50,988 bases of DNA from Escherichia phage EC167, in the sequence record ON185587.1. One strand, 5' to 3'. The translations under genes were made by a program, and so were the position numbers. Positions 20,218 to 30,567 of the stretch are shown piece after piece. Below the pieces are notes generated by a model. It was not told the origin of the DNA, made no database searches, and saw only the letters and a program-made list of their open reading frames with translations. How positions within the stretch are numbered: position 1 is the first letter of the stretch; every line of letters begins with the position of its first letter.

Positions 20218-20830
20218 AATCATAGTGTGATGCATTTATAACCAAAACAGATGAGGCGGTGTAAATACCAACAGGTCCAGGGGTTTGTGCAACCTGCCTG
20301 GAAAAAGAGTAGATCCCGTTACCATACGCGGCAGCTTGAGACTCAAAAATCATAAATCCACCTAAAGCCGGATTAGGTACAGAGTTTAACGCTGTTAGTG
20401 ATGGCATTATTGCGCAAGGGTAGCCCAGGTTAACATCAAACGCGATCCCGCTCACACCAACTTGCTTTGCATCAAGCGGCCTCATTTTTCCATGATAAAC
20501 CATTTCACCATGAGCGTTATAAAACGCTATGCCGTGACTACCTGGAGGAGTCACAATGTTACTAAAAGCATAAACAATAACCTCCCCTTGATTATCAGAT
20601 CTATCAATTCTTATTGCGTGCCTTCCACCATTGTTAAATTGCGTAAATGATATGTATGATTTAGCAGTCAATCTAACAAAGAAAAAACATACCCTATCAA
20701 CAGGAATTGACGAAGTAAAAACGGTTCCGGTATTAGCAGATATTACTGCCCGATCAATTAGATTAACTGGAGTGAAATCTGGACTTAACCATAACGATCC
20801 GTCTGATTTTTTTATACTCATCCCGTACAT
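20216..20830 (-). CDS. putative receptor-binding protein (RBP-locus gene)
   Basis: ~204 aa ORF (start ATG at 20830; ORF-track 20842 is TTG) downstream of J on opposite strand, in a cassette ending with a Cor-like lipoprotein; function inferred from position. Confidence 0.4.
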   Translation of the reverse strand: MYGMSIKKSDGSLWLSPDFTPVNLIDRAVISANTGTVFTSSIPVDRVCFFFVRLTAKSYISFTQFNNGGRHAIRIDRSDNQGEVIVYAFSNIVTPPGSHGIAFYNAHGEMVYHGKMRPLDAKQVGVSGIAFDVNLGYPCAIMPSLTALNSVPNPALGGFMIFESQAAAYGNGIYSFSRQVAQTPGPVGIYTASSVLVINASHYD

Positions 20831-20832
20831 TA

Positions 20833-21111
20833 TCACCCCCAAAAAGTATATATATATCTTGAATCAGATCCAGAAAGCCCACTCCATGTAACGGTGTCGC
20901 CACTTACCCCTAAGTTTGGTGCTCCAGGGTCGCCACCACGCCAGGAATTCATGCTAACATATATTGCTTTCAATGATTTACCTGGCGGCCTGTTTTGGTA
21001 AGTCTTGCTACCTGATGGCTGAGTGAATTTATCAAGGAAGAAAACAGGCGTTAAAAGTCCTGTAACTTCCCTTCCTCGATCGTCATATATTGCATAACCA
21101 TATTGCGCCAT
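20833..21111 (-). CDS. hypothetical protein of RBP cassette
   Basis: 92 aa; start codon overlaps upstream stop (TAATG) indicating translational coupling. Confidence 0.4.
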   Translation of the reverse strand: MAQYGYAIYDDRGREVTGLLTPVFFLDKFTQPSGSKTYQNRPPGKSLKAIYVSMNSWRGGDPGAPNLGVSGDTVTWSGLSGSDSRYIYTFWG

Positions 21112-21380
21112 TAATTACACCTCAAATCAATAAATTTACTTTCATTTTGCCAACGGTTGATAAATTTAACTTCTTTATTGTTAACGCTCAACCTGTATTG
21201 CTTTTGGCTGAATCTGTTTTCGCGGACCGCATTAATTTTAACTTCATGGAATCCGTTAACAGGGAATGTTTTAACGTTAAATTTTGCCGTGCAATCGATC
21301 TCCTTGAAGTTGCCAGTAGGCGAAGAAGAACATCCGGTCAGAGCGGCTACGGTGGCGATAACTGCGATTAATTTTTTCAT
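21111..21380 (-). CDS. outer-membrane lipoprotein, Cor-like superinfection exclusion candidate
   Basis: Signal peptide MKKLIAVIATVAALTG-C with lipobox; ~89 aa; AAGGAG RBS; location next to tail fiber genes as for cor/llp genes. Confidence 0.55.
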   Translation of the reverse strand: MKKLIAVIATVAALTGCSSSPTGNFKEIDCTAKFNVKTFPVNGFHEVKINAVRENRFSQKQYRLSVNNKEVKFINRWQNESKFIDLRCN

Positions 21381-21386
21381 CTTCAA

Positions 21387-21881
21387 TACTCCTTAGTTGT
21401 TGTTGGCTGTAACTATACACGATCCGGCAAGCCGAGTTTAGCAAAAAGTGCTACTTGTTATTTTTTGTTTTCCAGCGTTATCGAATTTAAGACGGCGCAA
21501 ATTTAGCGCAAATTTTAGACAACATAAGAGCAATAAACAATCAATAAAATAGATACATACATATAAAATCAATAGTTTATTTATTTATGTATGTATATTT
21601 GTTTTTTCTTGTTATCTGTGTTTCTTGTGGTTTTGGTTGTTTGTGGTGATTTTTCTTTCTGAGTATCTGCATGTGCCATCATTCATGTGTATGTATATAA
21701 TCCTGCGTATCTGAGAGAACAAGGGAACAAGAAAAATAACACATGTTAATCATTAACTTACATGTCAGATTTGTTTTCTTGCCATCTGAGAACGTTTAGG
21801 AAACAGAAAAAACAAAACAACTATTGACTAAATCAACCAAATGGCTACAATGCACACACAAAGCAACAAGGAGCATCAAAG
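21387..21881. promoter_or_regulatory. AT-rich non-coding control region 1 (divergent promoters, inverted and tandem repeats)
   Basis: 495 bp without credible ORF; 13-bp inverted repeat TACATACATATAA/TTATGTATGTA, tandem GCGCAAATTT x2, IHF-like AATCAATAGTTTA, GGGAACAAGAAAAA box, TTGACT-17-TACAAT promoter for exo-erf-ssb. Confidence 0.6.
21436..21455 (-). promoter_or_regulatory. conserved intergenic motif variant upstream of Cor-like operon
   Basis: Minus strand reads AGTAGCACTTTTTGCTAAAC followed by GTATAGT. Confidence 0.45.
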
Positions 21882-22937
21882 ATGAGTGATTTTAACGCCT
21901 ACACTAGCGAAGAAATGAGCAATGAGCTTTATCATGATCCTAACGCGTGGACGGCTGAATACGTCAGCGGTTCCAGCCTGGCGGAGATTTACAGCACTTG
22001 CCCGGCGTACTGGAAGTACAAGCCTCGCCAGGAAACCAAAGCACTTGTTTTCGGTACGCAGTCGCATACCAATTTTGAAAGCAAGGAGTTATTCGAAAAA
22101 ACATATCGCCGCGCACCGTCGCAGGATGACTTTAAGGATCTGATAACAAGCCAAACTGCGTTGGCTTCAAAGCTGAAATCTTTTGGCCTGAAAGGCACGA
22201 CTGGTAAGCAGTATCCAGAATTGTTGGAAATGCTGTACAAGTGCGGTGAGGATCTCAATGTATGGTGGCTTATCGAAATGATGGCAGAATGCCAGGCAGC
22301 AGCGGACGGAGTGCAGTTAATCGACGCGAAAGACTATGATGCCTGTGTAGCGATGCGGCGCGTACTTGAGGCAATACCTGAGCATAATGCTTGCATGAAT
22401 AGCCCAACCGCGCAGCGTGAAATGTCAATATTCGGGATCATCAATGGCGTAAAAGTTAAAGTGCGTCTTGATCACGTTGACGTAAACAATGATGTAAAGG
22501 CCACAATCATTAACGGTTACGACGAAAAAGGCCGACCGATTTATGAAGAGGTCATCTATCCAGAAGCTGTGATTATCACTGACTATAAAACAACGGTTAG
22601 CGCAAATCCGGTTGACTTCCAGCGCCTGGCTTACAATCACGGCTATTATCTCAAAATGGCTTTGCAGCATGATTTATTCAAAAAGGCTTATCCAGACGAA
22701 GAAAGACCAGTAATTGTGAGATTGCTTGCTCAAGAGAAGAAAGAGCCTTACTTGCCGCTCGCATTCCGCATGAACATTGAGCAATTGAAGATTGGGCGTA
22801 TCCAGTACATGAGCGTGATCAATAAGTTCAATGTTTGCCAGAAGTTAGATGAATGGCCTTCGTATGCAAACGGACAACCAGAAATTGATCTTGATACTCC
22901 TGATTGGGTGCGCGCTCAATTCAGGCAGTATCTATAA
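21882..22937 (+). CDS. recombination exonuclease (PD-(D/E)XK family)
   Basis: 351 aa; D..D/E..K signature (DHVD...IITDYKT); immediately upstream of Erf-like annealing protein. Confidence 0.55.
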   Translation: MSDFNAYTSEEMSNELYHDPNAWTAEYVSGSSLAEIYSTCPAYWKYKPRQETKALVFGTQSHTNFESKELFEKTYRRAPSQDDFKDLITSQTALASKLKSFGLKGTTGKQYPELLEMLYKCGEDLNVWWLIEMMAECQAAADGVQLIDAKDYDACVAMRRVLEAIPEHNACMNSPTAQREMSIFGIINGVKVKVRLDHVDVNNDVKATIINGYDEKGRPIYEEVIYPEAVIITDYKTTVSANPVDFQRLAYNHGYYLKMALQHDLFKKAYPDEERPVIVRLLAQEKKEPYLPLAFRMNIEQLKIGRIQYMSVINKFNVCQKLDEWPSYANGQPEIDLDTPDWVRAQFRQYL

Positions 22938-22998
22938 CAAACTAAACAAATAGCTAAACTTTTATAATGGTTGGTGATATAATTCGCCAACCAGATAA

Positions 22999-23667
<669 letters not shown>

Positions 23668-23671
23668 TAAA

Positions 23672-23693
23672 CGGGGCGCTTGCGCCCCTTTTG
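23672..23693 (+). terminator. intrinsic terminator-like hairpin
   Basis: GGGGCGC-TT-GCGCCCC followed by TTTT. Confidence 0.5.
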
Positions 23694-23710
23694 TCATAGG
23701 AGAAAACAAA

Positions 23711-24163
23711 ATGCACGTTATTACAGGTGAGATCCGAAAAGAGCCAAAAGTAAAGCAAATGCCTAACGGCAGCACGCTATATGTTGTTGAGCTTTCCGAG
23801 CGATACAAAGACCGAGAGGGAAATTGGCAGTATACAAACTATGTGTTTTTCTTTAACGCGAAAACAGACGGCCTGAATGGTTGGTATGCTGAGGCTTTCC
23901 AGGTAGGCAAGGTTATTTCTGTTTCCTGCGATACATTGCGTGTTGAAACGCGAGAATACAACGGAAAGATTTACAGTACCGTACAGCCTGGCGGATTTGC
24001 AAACCTGCTATTTAGCCAGCGCGGAGAAAGCCAGCAACAATATCAGCAGCGAACGCAAGGAGGCTGGGGGCAACCACAACAGCAACAGCAACAAAATACT
24101 CAACAGCATCCTCAGCAAAGCAATCAGCCTCCGATTGACTTTGACGACGATATACCATTCTGA
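23711..24163 (+). CDS. ssb: single-stranded DNA-binding protein
   Basis: OB-fold-like N-terminus, Gln/Gly-rich linker, acidic C-terminal tail DFDDDIPF typical of SSB; start at ATG 23711 with AGGAG RBS. Confidence 0.8.
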   Translation: MHVITGEIRKEPKVKQMPNGSTLYVVELSERYKDREGNWQYTNYVFFFNAKTDGLNGWYAEAFQVGKVISVSCDTLRVETREYNGKIYSTVQPGGFANLLFSQRGESQQQYQQRTQGGWGQPQQQQQQNTQQHPQQSNQPPIDFDDDIPF

Positions 24164-24167
24164 TAAC

Positions 24168-24198
24168 AAAAAGCCCCGCATGTGCGGGGCATTTTTTT
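24168..24198. terminator. bidirectional terminator between ssb and tail fiber gene
   Basis: GCCCCGCA-TGT-GCGGGGC flanked by A5 and T7. Confidence 0.7.
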
Positions 24199-26914
24199 AG
24201 TTAAGAGTAGTAGGATTGTTGATTAGCTTTGACAGCAACTCTTTTAATTCTGCAACCTCCTTTTCAAGTTTTGATATTCTTTCTTTGTTATCAACATCAC
24301 GAGCGCGAAGCGCTTTTATTGCAGCCAAACCATCTAATAGCATTGGTGTTTGATCAAGATGCCACAAACCTCCAACATCCTTAACATATTCGCGGTCGAT
24401 CTGCTTAATTTGCTGTGATATAACCCCTCTTCTTGTTGCACCTCTAATTTCTTTAGTATGATGCTCATCTTTAAACTTGAATAGCTTAAACTCCATCCTC
24501 TCTATGTTTGATAGCGCGCATTCAACATCAAGATTTCCTAGCACATCCTTCATTCTTTCATCAGACACCGCCGACGTTGTTACTTGCGCCCATGCAGACC
24601 ACGAAGAAGCATTTGTCTGTATTCTTGTATAAATGCGGTTCGATGTGTCATAGAATCTTTGTTGGTTCCACCTACCACTGACGCCTTGTGATGCAGTTTT
24701 GCCGTAAGATAATCCTTGTGTTGTTTGTGTAAACAAAGAGCCATACACATCACCTGATAGTGGCGCATTTGAATAAATCCCGCCAACATTAAGCCATCCT
24801 TGCGGGACAACATTCATATCCCTTTCATCACCAGCGCCAACTATATTGGAGTTCCCATTTGGAGAAAGACCACCATCAAATGATACATACATCTTCAATG
24901 TTGAGTTTGGCTTAGGTATAGCAACTGTGTTTCTTCCAGATGTGTCACTTCCATTCGCAAAGAACACATTTAAAGCATTCGATGCGTCATTCTCAATGCA
25001 TATTATTTTACCTATAACAGCGTTGTCTACTTGAGTAGTTTTGCATGTTACAGCAGGCCAAGGGCTTTCTATTGTTACCCCAGCAAAAGTAGGTGAGTGA
25101 GTTGCGCTTAATCCTATGTTGTTTTTTATTCCTTCCGCATCACGCGCACCAGTGCCGCCATAAGAAATATCAATTGGACTTCCAGGCCTTATAGCTCCAC
25201 TTAATGATAAAGATCCATCATAACCAAATCCGAAAAACTTATGATTTGATCCACCACTTGGATCTCTTATCACAATCTCACCACCCGATGAAGCCGCGCG
25301 AAATTCAGCGTTTCTTAAAATACTACCATCACGAAAAGAAGACCTATAGGTAAAACCATTTACATCTATGCCCTCCGCAACAAACCCAAGATTTGACTTG
25401 ATTGTTTTAGTTGACTCAAAGCTGCCATTTAGCTTTAGAGAGCTAATCGTCATGTCTATAGTTCCGGCATAATTCATGGCTTGCTTTAAGTAAGGATTCC
25501 CATTTCCATCTCTAAAAAAATCATTGCAATAGAATCCATTTAAACCGTTTGAAAAATTCAATTGGTTTCCACATCCATACTCATCACCAATACCATCATC
25601 GGCATTCTCAATCCCCCACTTGTAAACGCACTTGTCTGAAGCATCAGGATTTTCCGACCAGTCAGAAGTAGGAACTGTTACGCTTGATCTTGGAGTCTTT
25701 CTCAAGTAAACAGGGAAGCCATCGCCTCTAACATAAATTGCATTGTGACCAAACTGCCCCTTAGATGATCCCCTAACGCAAAGTATCGCAACCTCATATG
25801 CAGAATATGCAAAAAAGTTAGCAAAGGCCACCTTGCCTTTATCAGACCACCCCCCACTCCTTACCCACAATCTAAGAGTATTGCAATTTGGATCTTCTGA
25901 TCCAAGTCTTGATGGCGTTGTCATTTCTACTTCTGTTAGAAAGTTGCCACTAAAATCTTCTGGTTGATGTATTATTATCGGATAATATTTTTTATCCTCC
26001 GCACCAGCGGGAGCCTCAAGAACTAAAACACGGTCCAAGCCGCTATCAGGAATCAGCAGATTTCTTTGCGCTTCTGGAATGGTTTTTCCTCCAGTTCCAC
26101 CTTGAGCTACGGATAACGCAACAATATTTCTAGATGTGTTATCCCACACACCCCAATCGCCATTATCCTTGACAAATAATTGTTTTGTTCCATCTCCGCT
26201 TTTCATGTTTGTTTCGCCATTAGATGACAATTGAACAAATCTATCTAATGATAAATTTTGCCTTGACTTTGCCTTGTCTTGTAAATCTGCCAAGTTTTGA
26301 GACTTAACAAGAAAGTTTCCAGGCTGAATGCTATCGGCATACTCCTTGGCTTTGTCTTCGCTTGCTTTTGCTGCATCCTGACTACCCTTAGCAGCTGTTG
26401 CAGAATTTGCCGACGCATCTTGACTGGCCTTTGCAGCATTCTTGAATTGCTCGGCGTCATTTCTTGCATTAACAGCATTTGTTTCGCTTGTTTTTGCAGC
26501 TTCCGCGCTTTGTTTTGCTGATTCAGCACCCTGTTTAACCTGATCTGCAAGCTGTTTCAGGCTATCAATATCAAAATCTTTGAAAAACTCTATTGCTTCC
26601 TCAATAACAGCCTCTTTGCTTTGATAGTAGCGAAGTGTTTCCGCTACGTCCTGCGCCAGCCCGTCAACCGTTAACGAGTCATGCAGCAAGATCAGGTAAT
26701 TTGTCTTCTGGACTACCGCTCCGCCAGTAGTAATTGCGTGAATGCTTGTATCGCTAATCACTTCTGTGATCACGGCAGCCTGCAAAGGTTGAGTAAGAAA
26801 GAAAATAGTTGCACCTGGGCGAATCAAGGTTAATTGCTCACGCCATTTTGTGTCGTAACCAGTTACATAACCTTGCGCGTCCATAGACGCTTGGCCTTGT
26901 CTGTAAATTGCCAT
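24197..26914 (-). CDS. side tail fiber with C-terminal intramolecular chaperone (peptidase S74-like) domain
   Basis: ~905 aa; Ala/Lys/Gln-rich N-terminal coiled region, Gly-rich beta-rich central part, C-terminal SDERMKDV...coiled-coil autoproteolytic chaperone signature; AGGAGG RBS before ATG at 26914. Confidence 0.7.
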   Translation of the reverse strand: MAIYRQGQASMDAQGYVTGYDTKWREQLTLIRPGATIFFLTQPLQAAVITEVISDTSIHAITTGGAVVQKTNYLILLHDSLTVDGLAQDVAETLRYYQSKEAVIEEAIEFFKDFDIDSLKQLADQVKQGAESAKQSAEAAKTSETNAVNARNDAEQFKNAAKASQDASANSATAAKGSQDAAKASEDKAKEYADSIQPGNFLVKSQNLADLQDKAKSRQNLSLDRFVQLSSNGETNMKSGDGTKQLFVKDNGDWGVWDNTSRNIVALSVAQGGTGGKTIPEAQRNLLIPDSGLDRVLVLEAPAGAEDKKYYPIIIHQPEDFSGNFLTEVEMTTPSRLGSEDPNCNTLRLWVRSGGWSDKGKVAFANFFAYSAYEVAILCVRGSSKGQFGHNAIYVRGDGFPVYLRKTPRSSVTVPTSDWSENPDASDKCVYKWGIENADDGIGDEYGCGNQLNFSNGLNGFYCNDFFRDGNGNPYLKQAMNYAGTIDMTISSLKLNGSFESTKTIKSNLGFVAEGIDVNGFTYRSSFRDGSILRNAEFRAASSGGEIVIRDPSGGSNHKFFGFGYDGSLSLSGAIRPGSPIDISYGGTGARDAEGIKNNIGLSATHSPTFAGVTIESPWPAVTCKTTQVDNAVIGKIICIENDASNALNVFFANGSDTSGRNTVAIPKPNSTLKMYVSFDGGLSPNGNSNIVGAGDERDMNVVPQGWLNVGGIYSNAPLSGDVYGSLFTQTTQGLSYGKTASQGVSGRWNQQRFYDTSNRIYTRIQTNASSWSAWAQVTTSAVSDERMKDVLGNLDVECALSNIERMEFKLFKFKDEHHTKEIRGATRRGVISQQIKQIDREYVKDVGGLWHLDQTPMLLDGLAAIKALRARDVDNKERISKLEKEVAELKELLSKLINNPTTLN

Positions 26915-26930
26915 TTGTAAAATCCTCCTA

Positions 26931-26951
26931 AATAGCACTTTTTGCTAATGA
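26931..26951 (+). promoter_or_regulatory. conserved intergenic motif, inverted relative to adjacent tail fiber gene
   Basis: AATAGCACTTTTTGCTAATGA 17 nt from tail fiber start codon, pointing toward terminator at 26981-27005. Confidence 0.4.
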
Positions 26952-26980
26952 CAATGCAGATAATAGCATTTTCAAATGCA

Positions 26981-27005
26981 AAAAAAAACCCCGCTTATGC
27001 GGGGT
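26981..27005 (-). terminator. terminator after primase gene
   Basis: Minus strand: CCCCGC-ATAA-GCGGGG followed by T9. Confidence 0.65.
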
Positions 27006-27020
27006 AATACTAGCGGAGTT

Positions 27021-27950
27021 TTATAGCAGTGATTCGGGCTTGTAGAGTTTTCTTTCTACGCCCTGTTTAAAATTATCGTTAACAGGCATCATTATGTCAA
27101 GACCTCTTTCCTCTGCCGCGATTATCACATCACGATCATCTTTCCGGCAGACTACGCGCATTCTTCTTTCTCCTTTATATCTATGCGCAACCATTTCAAG
27201 ATTTGAAGGAGTAAAGCAAGCCCACACTTCTTGACCAGTTGATAAATGAACATGCTGGGAATCAACCCAATCAAGGCACAAATAGATCGTCTTATCTGTG
27301 CTACCTGTTTTAACAACAGATCCGCGCGTGTAGTCGCGAGCTAAAAACCAATCCTTTCCATCCTCATCAATGAAAAGCACGTTACACATTTCATCATCCA
27401 GCCCGTCATCATGCACCAGGTGACAAGATAGCGCGTGAATGTATCGACCATCCTTGACGCCGCAATCATAATGACAATCTTCCGGCGGATATATCCCCTC
27501 ATAAACGCTTAAAGGTGTGCGATCGAATTTTAATGTTTTTGCCATCACTTTTTCGCAACATTCATGACTTGCCTGTTTCCCGAACGAGTAACCAGAAGAA
27601 CGCGAAGCGCGTTTGTTTGCTCTGATCCTGTAATCTTGTGGCACTTTTCCGAGGAAGCGGCCCAAAATGTTGATGGCCTCGCTGTAAGGTTCGCCAGTTA
27701 ATTTCATTAACCAACCGATCCCCGTGTCGTTGCCGCATACGTTGCAGATCGCGCCGCCGTCGCCATCTTCATTTAGCTTATCAGTCCATCTAAAACGATC
27801 CTTACCGCCGCAGTGTGGGCAAGGTTGATGCTTTTTGTTGAAAACATCGCTATGCAGTCCGCAAATGCTTTGTAGTGCTTCACGCCATAACCCATTCATA
27901 TATGGCAAAACATCTTCTTTCTGATAGGTCATAAAGTTTTCAGTATTCAT
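27021..27950 (-). CDS. DNA primase (zinc-ribbon + TOPRIM-like)
   Basis: CPHCGG..CNVCG zinc ribbon near N-terminus, acidic TOPRIM-like C-terminal half; start at ATG 27950 with GAGG RBS (ORF-track start 28028 crosses a terminator). Confidence 0.65.
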   Translation of the reverse strand: MNTENFMTYQKEDVLPYMNGLWREALQSICGLHSDVFNKKHQPCPHCGGKDRFRWTDKLNEDGDGGAICNVCGNDTGIGWLMKLTGEPYSEAINILGRFLGKVPQDYRIRANKRASRSSGYSFGKQASHECCEKVMAKTLKFDRTPLSVYEGIYPPEDCHYDCGVKDGRYIHALSCHLVHDDGLDDEMCNVLFIDEDGKDWFLARDYTRGSVVKTGSTDKTIYLCLDWVDSQHVHLSTGQEVWACFTPSNLEMVAHRYKGERRMRVVCRKDDRDVIIAAEERGLDIMMPVNDNFKQGVERKLYKPESLL

Positions 27951-27961
27951 GGCAAACCTCA

Positions 27962-27999
27962 ATAAAAAAGCCCAGCAAATATTATCATTTCGCTGGGCC
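27962..27999 (-). terminator. terminator between HTH gene and primase
   Basis: Minus strand: GCCCAGC-15 nt loop-GCTGGGC followed by TTTTTTATT. Confidence 0.5.
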
Positions 28000-28005
28000 T
28001 TATCA

Positions 28006-28482
28006 TTAGCTATTCGTGCTGTTATCACCTTTGTAGAATCGTCCTCCTGGTTCGTAGTCTGAATTTTTGACTACGCGCAACATTTCGTATTTGTCGCAAC
28101 GGGTAGTAAGAGGCTTGCCGTTAGAATCAAACCGCAGATCTGGACGACAAAATGATGCGCGGTATCCTTTGCACCCATTATATTTGTAGTCGTTATGCAC
28201 CTTTTGTGCTCCAGCGGCTGAAATCATGCCACGCTTTCGCCACTGGTTAACGACTTGCTGAGATACGCGTAGACGTCGAGCCATAGCAGGAACACCGCCG
28301 TAATACTCGATCAGAATGTCAAGGCGAGATTTCAGGCTTGCTTTTACCTCATCTCGCAGGATAAGAAATCCGGTTCGGTGTTTTCGTGGCTTTTTGTCTT
28401 TACCTCGTCGCGTTCCGTTGTTACCGTTAATAGTGCGCTTGTCGATCTCACCCGTAGACACTGCAATTCGTGCATCTTTCAT
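28006..28482 (-). CDS. DNA-binding protein with Cro/YdaS-like helix-turn-helix and C-terminal Cys-rich region
   Basis: 158 aa; basic N-terminus, GGVPAMARRLRVSQQVVNQWRKRG HTH-like segment, four Cys in C-terminal 50 aa. Confidence 0.45.
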   Translation of the reverse strand: MKDARIAVSTGEIDKRTINGNNGTRRGKDKKPRKHRTGFLILRDEVKASLKSRLDILIEYYGGVPAMARRLRVSQQVVNQWRKRGMISAAGAQKVHNDYKYNGCKGYRASFCRPDLRFDSNGKPLTTRCDKYEMLRVVKNSDYEPGGRFYKGDNSTNS

Positions 28483-28492
28483 CTAGTCACCT

Positions 28493-28513
28493 CATAGCAT
28501 TTTTTGTTAAAAC
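28493..28513 (+). promoter_or_regulatory. conserved intergenic motif upstream of helicase operon
   Basis: CATAGCATTTTTTGTTAAAAC, then AT-rich TATTATAT; lies in divergent region with HTH gene. Confidence 0.45.
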
Positions 28514-28569
28514 AGTTTATTGTAATGATTCTATTATATACTCCAAATGGCATTTTTTAAAGGTTTAAG

Positions 28570-30567
28570 ATGATTCCAAATATCGAAAAACAAATATCAG
28601 CGTTAGGCGAGGCAGTAATAAAAAGCATCCAAGAGCGATTCACTGTTGGCAATATAGTGCCTTATCCTTATCAGTGCGTTGCGTATGCCGAGATCGCAAA
28701 GCGCATGAAAAACTATGAGCATCCTTTCTTTGTTAAGGCTTCTGTGTCGGCTGGCAAAACTTTGATGTTTGCGATGGTTGCTGCGCAATGCCGCAAAATG
28801 GGATTGAAAATGATGGTCCTTGCTCGCCAGGCTGAAATTGTTGATCAGGATTCGGAAGAGATCAGCAATCTTGGCGTGCCAAACTCAATCTATTGCGCCG
28901 GACTGAAAACAAAAAGCGCATACTTTCCGATCGTAGTCGGTTCTGAGGGCACTGTAGTAAACGGATTGTTTAAGTCGTTAGGTGATTATGTTCCGCACGT
29001 TATCGGTATTGATGAATGTCACCAGGTGGATTGGGAGGATCTCGCCGACGCGATAGAAAATAATGAATCTTACCAGCAGATGACCACTAAGAAGGATTTG
29101 CCTGTACTGATTGGAGAAGAACAGAAATTTGATTCCAATGGCGATCCAATGTTCGGAACAGGGCGCACACAGTACACCGTAATAATCATGGAAATGATGC
29201 GCAGGTGTCGCGAGGCATACGGTCACGAATTGCGAATATTCGGTATGACTGGATCTGAATTTCGCGGCGTGGTTCCAATACTGGTTGAAGATAAGAACAA
29301 AAAGGGATTCTGGCGTGAGCAGGTGACTAACATAGACACAAACTACTTAATCAAATTCGGTTCGGTAGTGCCAACAAATTTCGGAGACGCAGGCGACCTT
29401 GGGTATGACCTTTCAGAGTTCGAAGCCAGTAGCGAGGATGGCGTTTCAGACTTTGACGCTAAAACATTGCGCAAGATGGAAGAAAAGATTCATCAAGACG
29501 CAACAATGACACAGAAAATCATGGATAAAGTCCATGAGATATGCAAAGACAGGAACGGAGTTTTAGTTACATGCGCAGGGGAAAGACACTGCAAGGAGGC
29601 CGCCGCCGCACTGCCGCAAGGCGTTGAATACAGGATCATAACTGGCAAAACTGGAGATAATCAGCGTAAAGAGTGGCTGAGGGAGGCATACGAGGGGAAA
29701 GTAAAATACATCTTCCAGGTACAGGCGCTTACCACTGGCGTTAACGTTCCGTTTTGGGATACTTCGGTAATACTGAGAAAGATAGGATCTCTAACATTGC
29801 TTATCCAGCTTTTGGGGCGCGGTATGCGACTGCTTAAGCAATGGCACATTGAGCAGGGATTCAAGAAAAAAGATCATCTTGTATTGGATTTTGCAGGTAC
29901 TATGGATGAGTTAGGTGATTTGTATTTCGATCCAATCCTTGAGCAAGCGCAATTTCAAAAGAGATTTACAAATGGGAAAGATCCTAAGACTTGCCCGATA
30001 TGTGGAACGCTAAACAGCTTTTACGCTCGCCGATGTATGCACGTAGACGATAACGGGAAACGATGCGAGCATTTTTGGACTTACAGAATTTGCGAGGACC
30101 AGGTAGATCCGAGAACAAAAAAGATAATCAAGCGCGGTTGCGGAACAAAAAACGACGTAGTGGCGAGAGTTTGCCGTTGTTGTGACATTTCTCTTGTCGA
30201 TCCTAACGAGAAGTTAAGCGGTAAGCACTACACCAAAAACGATTGGTGCAACGTTAAATCTTTCCGCGTTGATATGACGAAAAACCAGAAAGGAATTGTT
30301 TTTTGCTATGAGCTTGAGGCCAACGGCGACACGTTCAAGGCATACGAAAGATTTTTCCCTGAGTCAGAAAGCAACATTTGCCGGACGATATGGAGAAAAA
30401 TAGCATTGCAGCACATACCGGATCGCAAGATTGCTGGTATGGTGGCGAGCTATAGAAATGCGCGTAAAATAATGTCATACGCTCATCACATCATGCCTCC
30501 TGTACGCGTAACGCATCGCAAAAACGGCAAAGGTGAGGATAACATTGCAAAACGTGAGTTTGTTTAA
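28570..30567 (+). CDS. ATP-dependent DNA helicase (SF2, DEAH-like) with C-terminal zinc ribbons
   Basis: Walker A SVSAGKTL, DECH box (GIDECHQV), C-terminal CPICG...CEHFW and CGTKN...CRCC clusters. Confidence 0.7.
   Translation: MIPNIEKQISALGEAVIKSIQERFTVGNIVPYPYQCVAYAEIAKRMKNYEHPFFVKASVSAGKTLMFAMVAAQCRKMGLKMMVLARQAEIVDQDSEEISNLGVPNSIYCAGLKTKSAYFPIVVGSEGTVVNGLFKSLGDYVPHVIGIDECHQVDWEDLADAIENNESYQQMTTKKDLPVLIGEEQKFDSNGDPMFGTGRTQYTVIIMEMMRRCREAYGHELRIFGMTGSEFRGVVPILVEDKNKKGFWREQVTNIDTNYLIKFGSVVPTNFGDAGDLGYDLSEFEASSEDGVSDFDAKTLRKMEEKIHQDATMTQKIMDKVHEICKDRNGVLVTCAGERHCKEAAAALPQGVEYRIITGKTGDNQRKEWLREAYEGKVKYIFQVQALTTGVNVPFWDTSVILRKIGSLTLLIQLLGRGMRLLKQWHIEQGFKKKDHLVLDFAGTMDELGDLYFDPILEQAQFQKRFTNGKDPKTCPICGTLNSFYARRCMHVDDNGKRCEHFWTYRICEDQVDPRTKKIIKRGCGTKNDVVARVCRCCDISLVDPNEKLSGKHYTKNDWCNVKSFRVDMTKNQKGIVFCYELEANGDTFKAYERFFPESESNICRTIWRKIALQHIPDRKIAGMVASYRNARKIMSYAHHIMPPVRVTHRKNGKGEDNIAKREFV

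Noticed and set aside
21540-21720. Possible CRISPR-like or minisatellite array in the AT-rich hub
   Set aside because: Repeats are short, degenerate and irregularly spaced with no unique spacers; better explained as regulatory or origin-type repeats.
26931-27005. Short transcript from the inverted motif copy into the adjacent terminator
   Set aside because: Would be only ~30-40 nt with no ORF; without transcript data this remains speculation and is folded into the motif finding.
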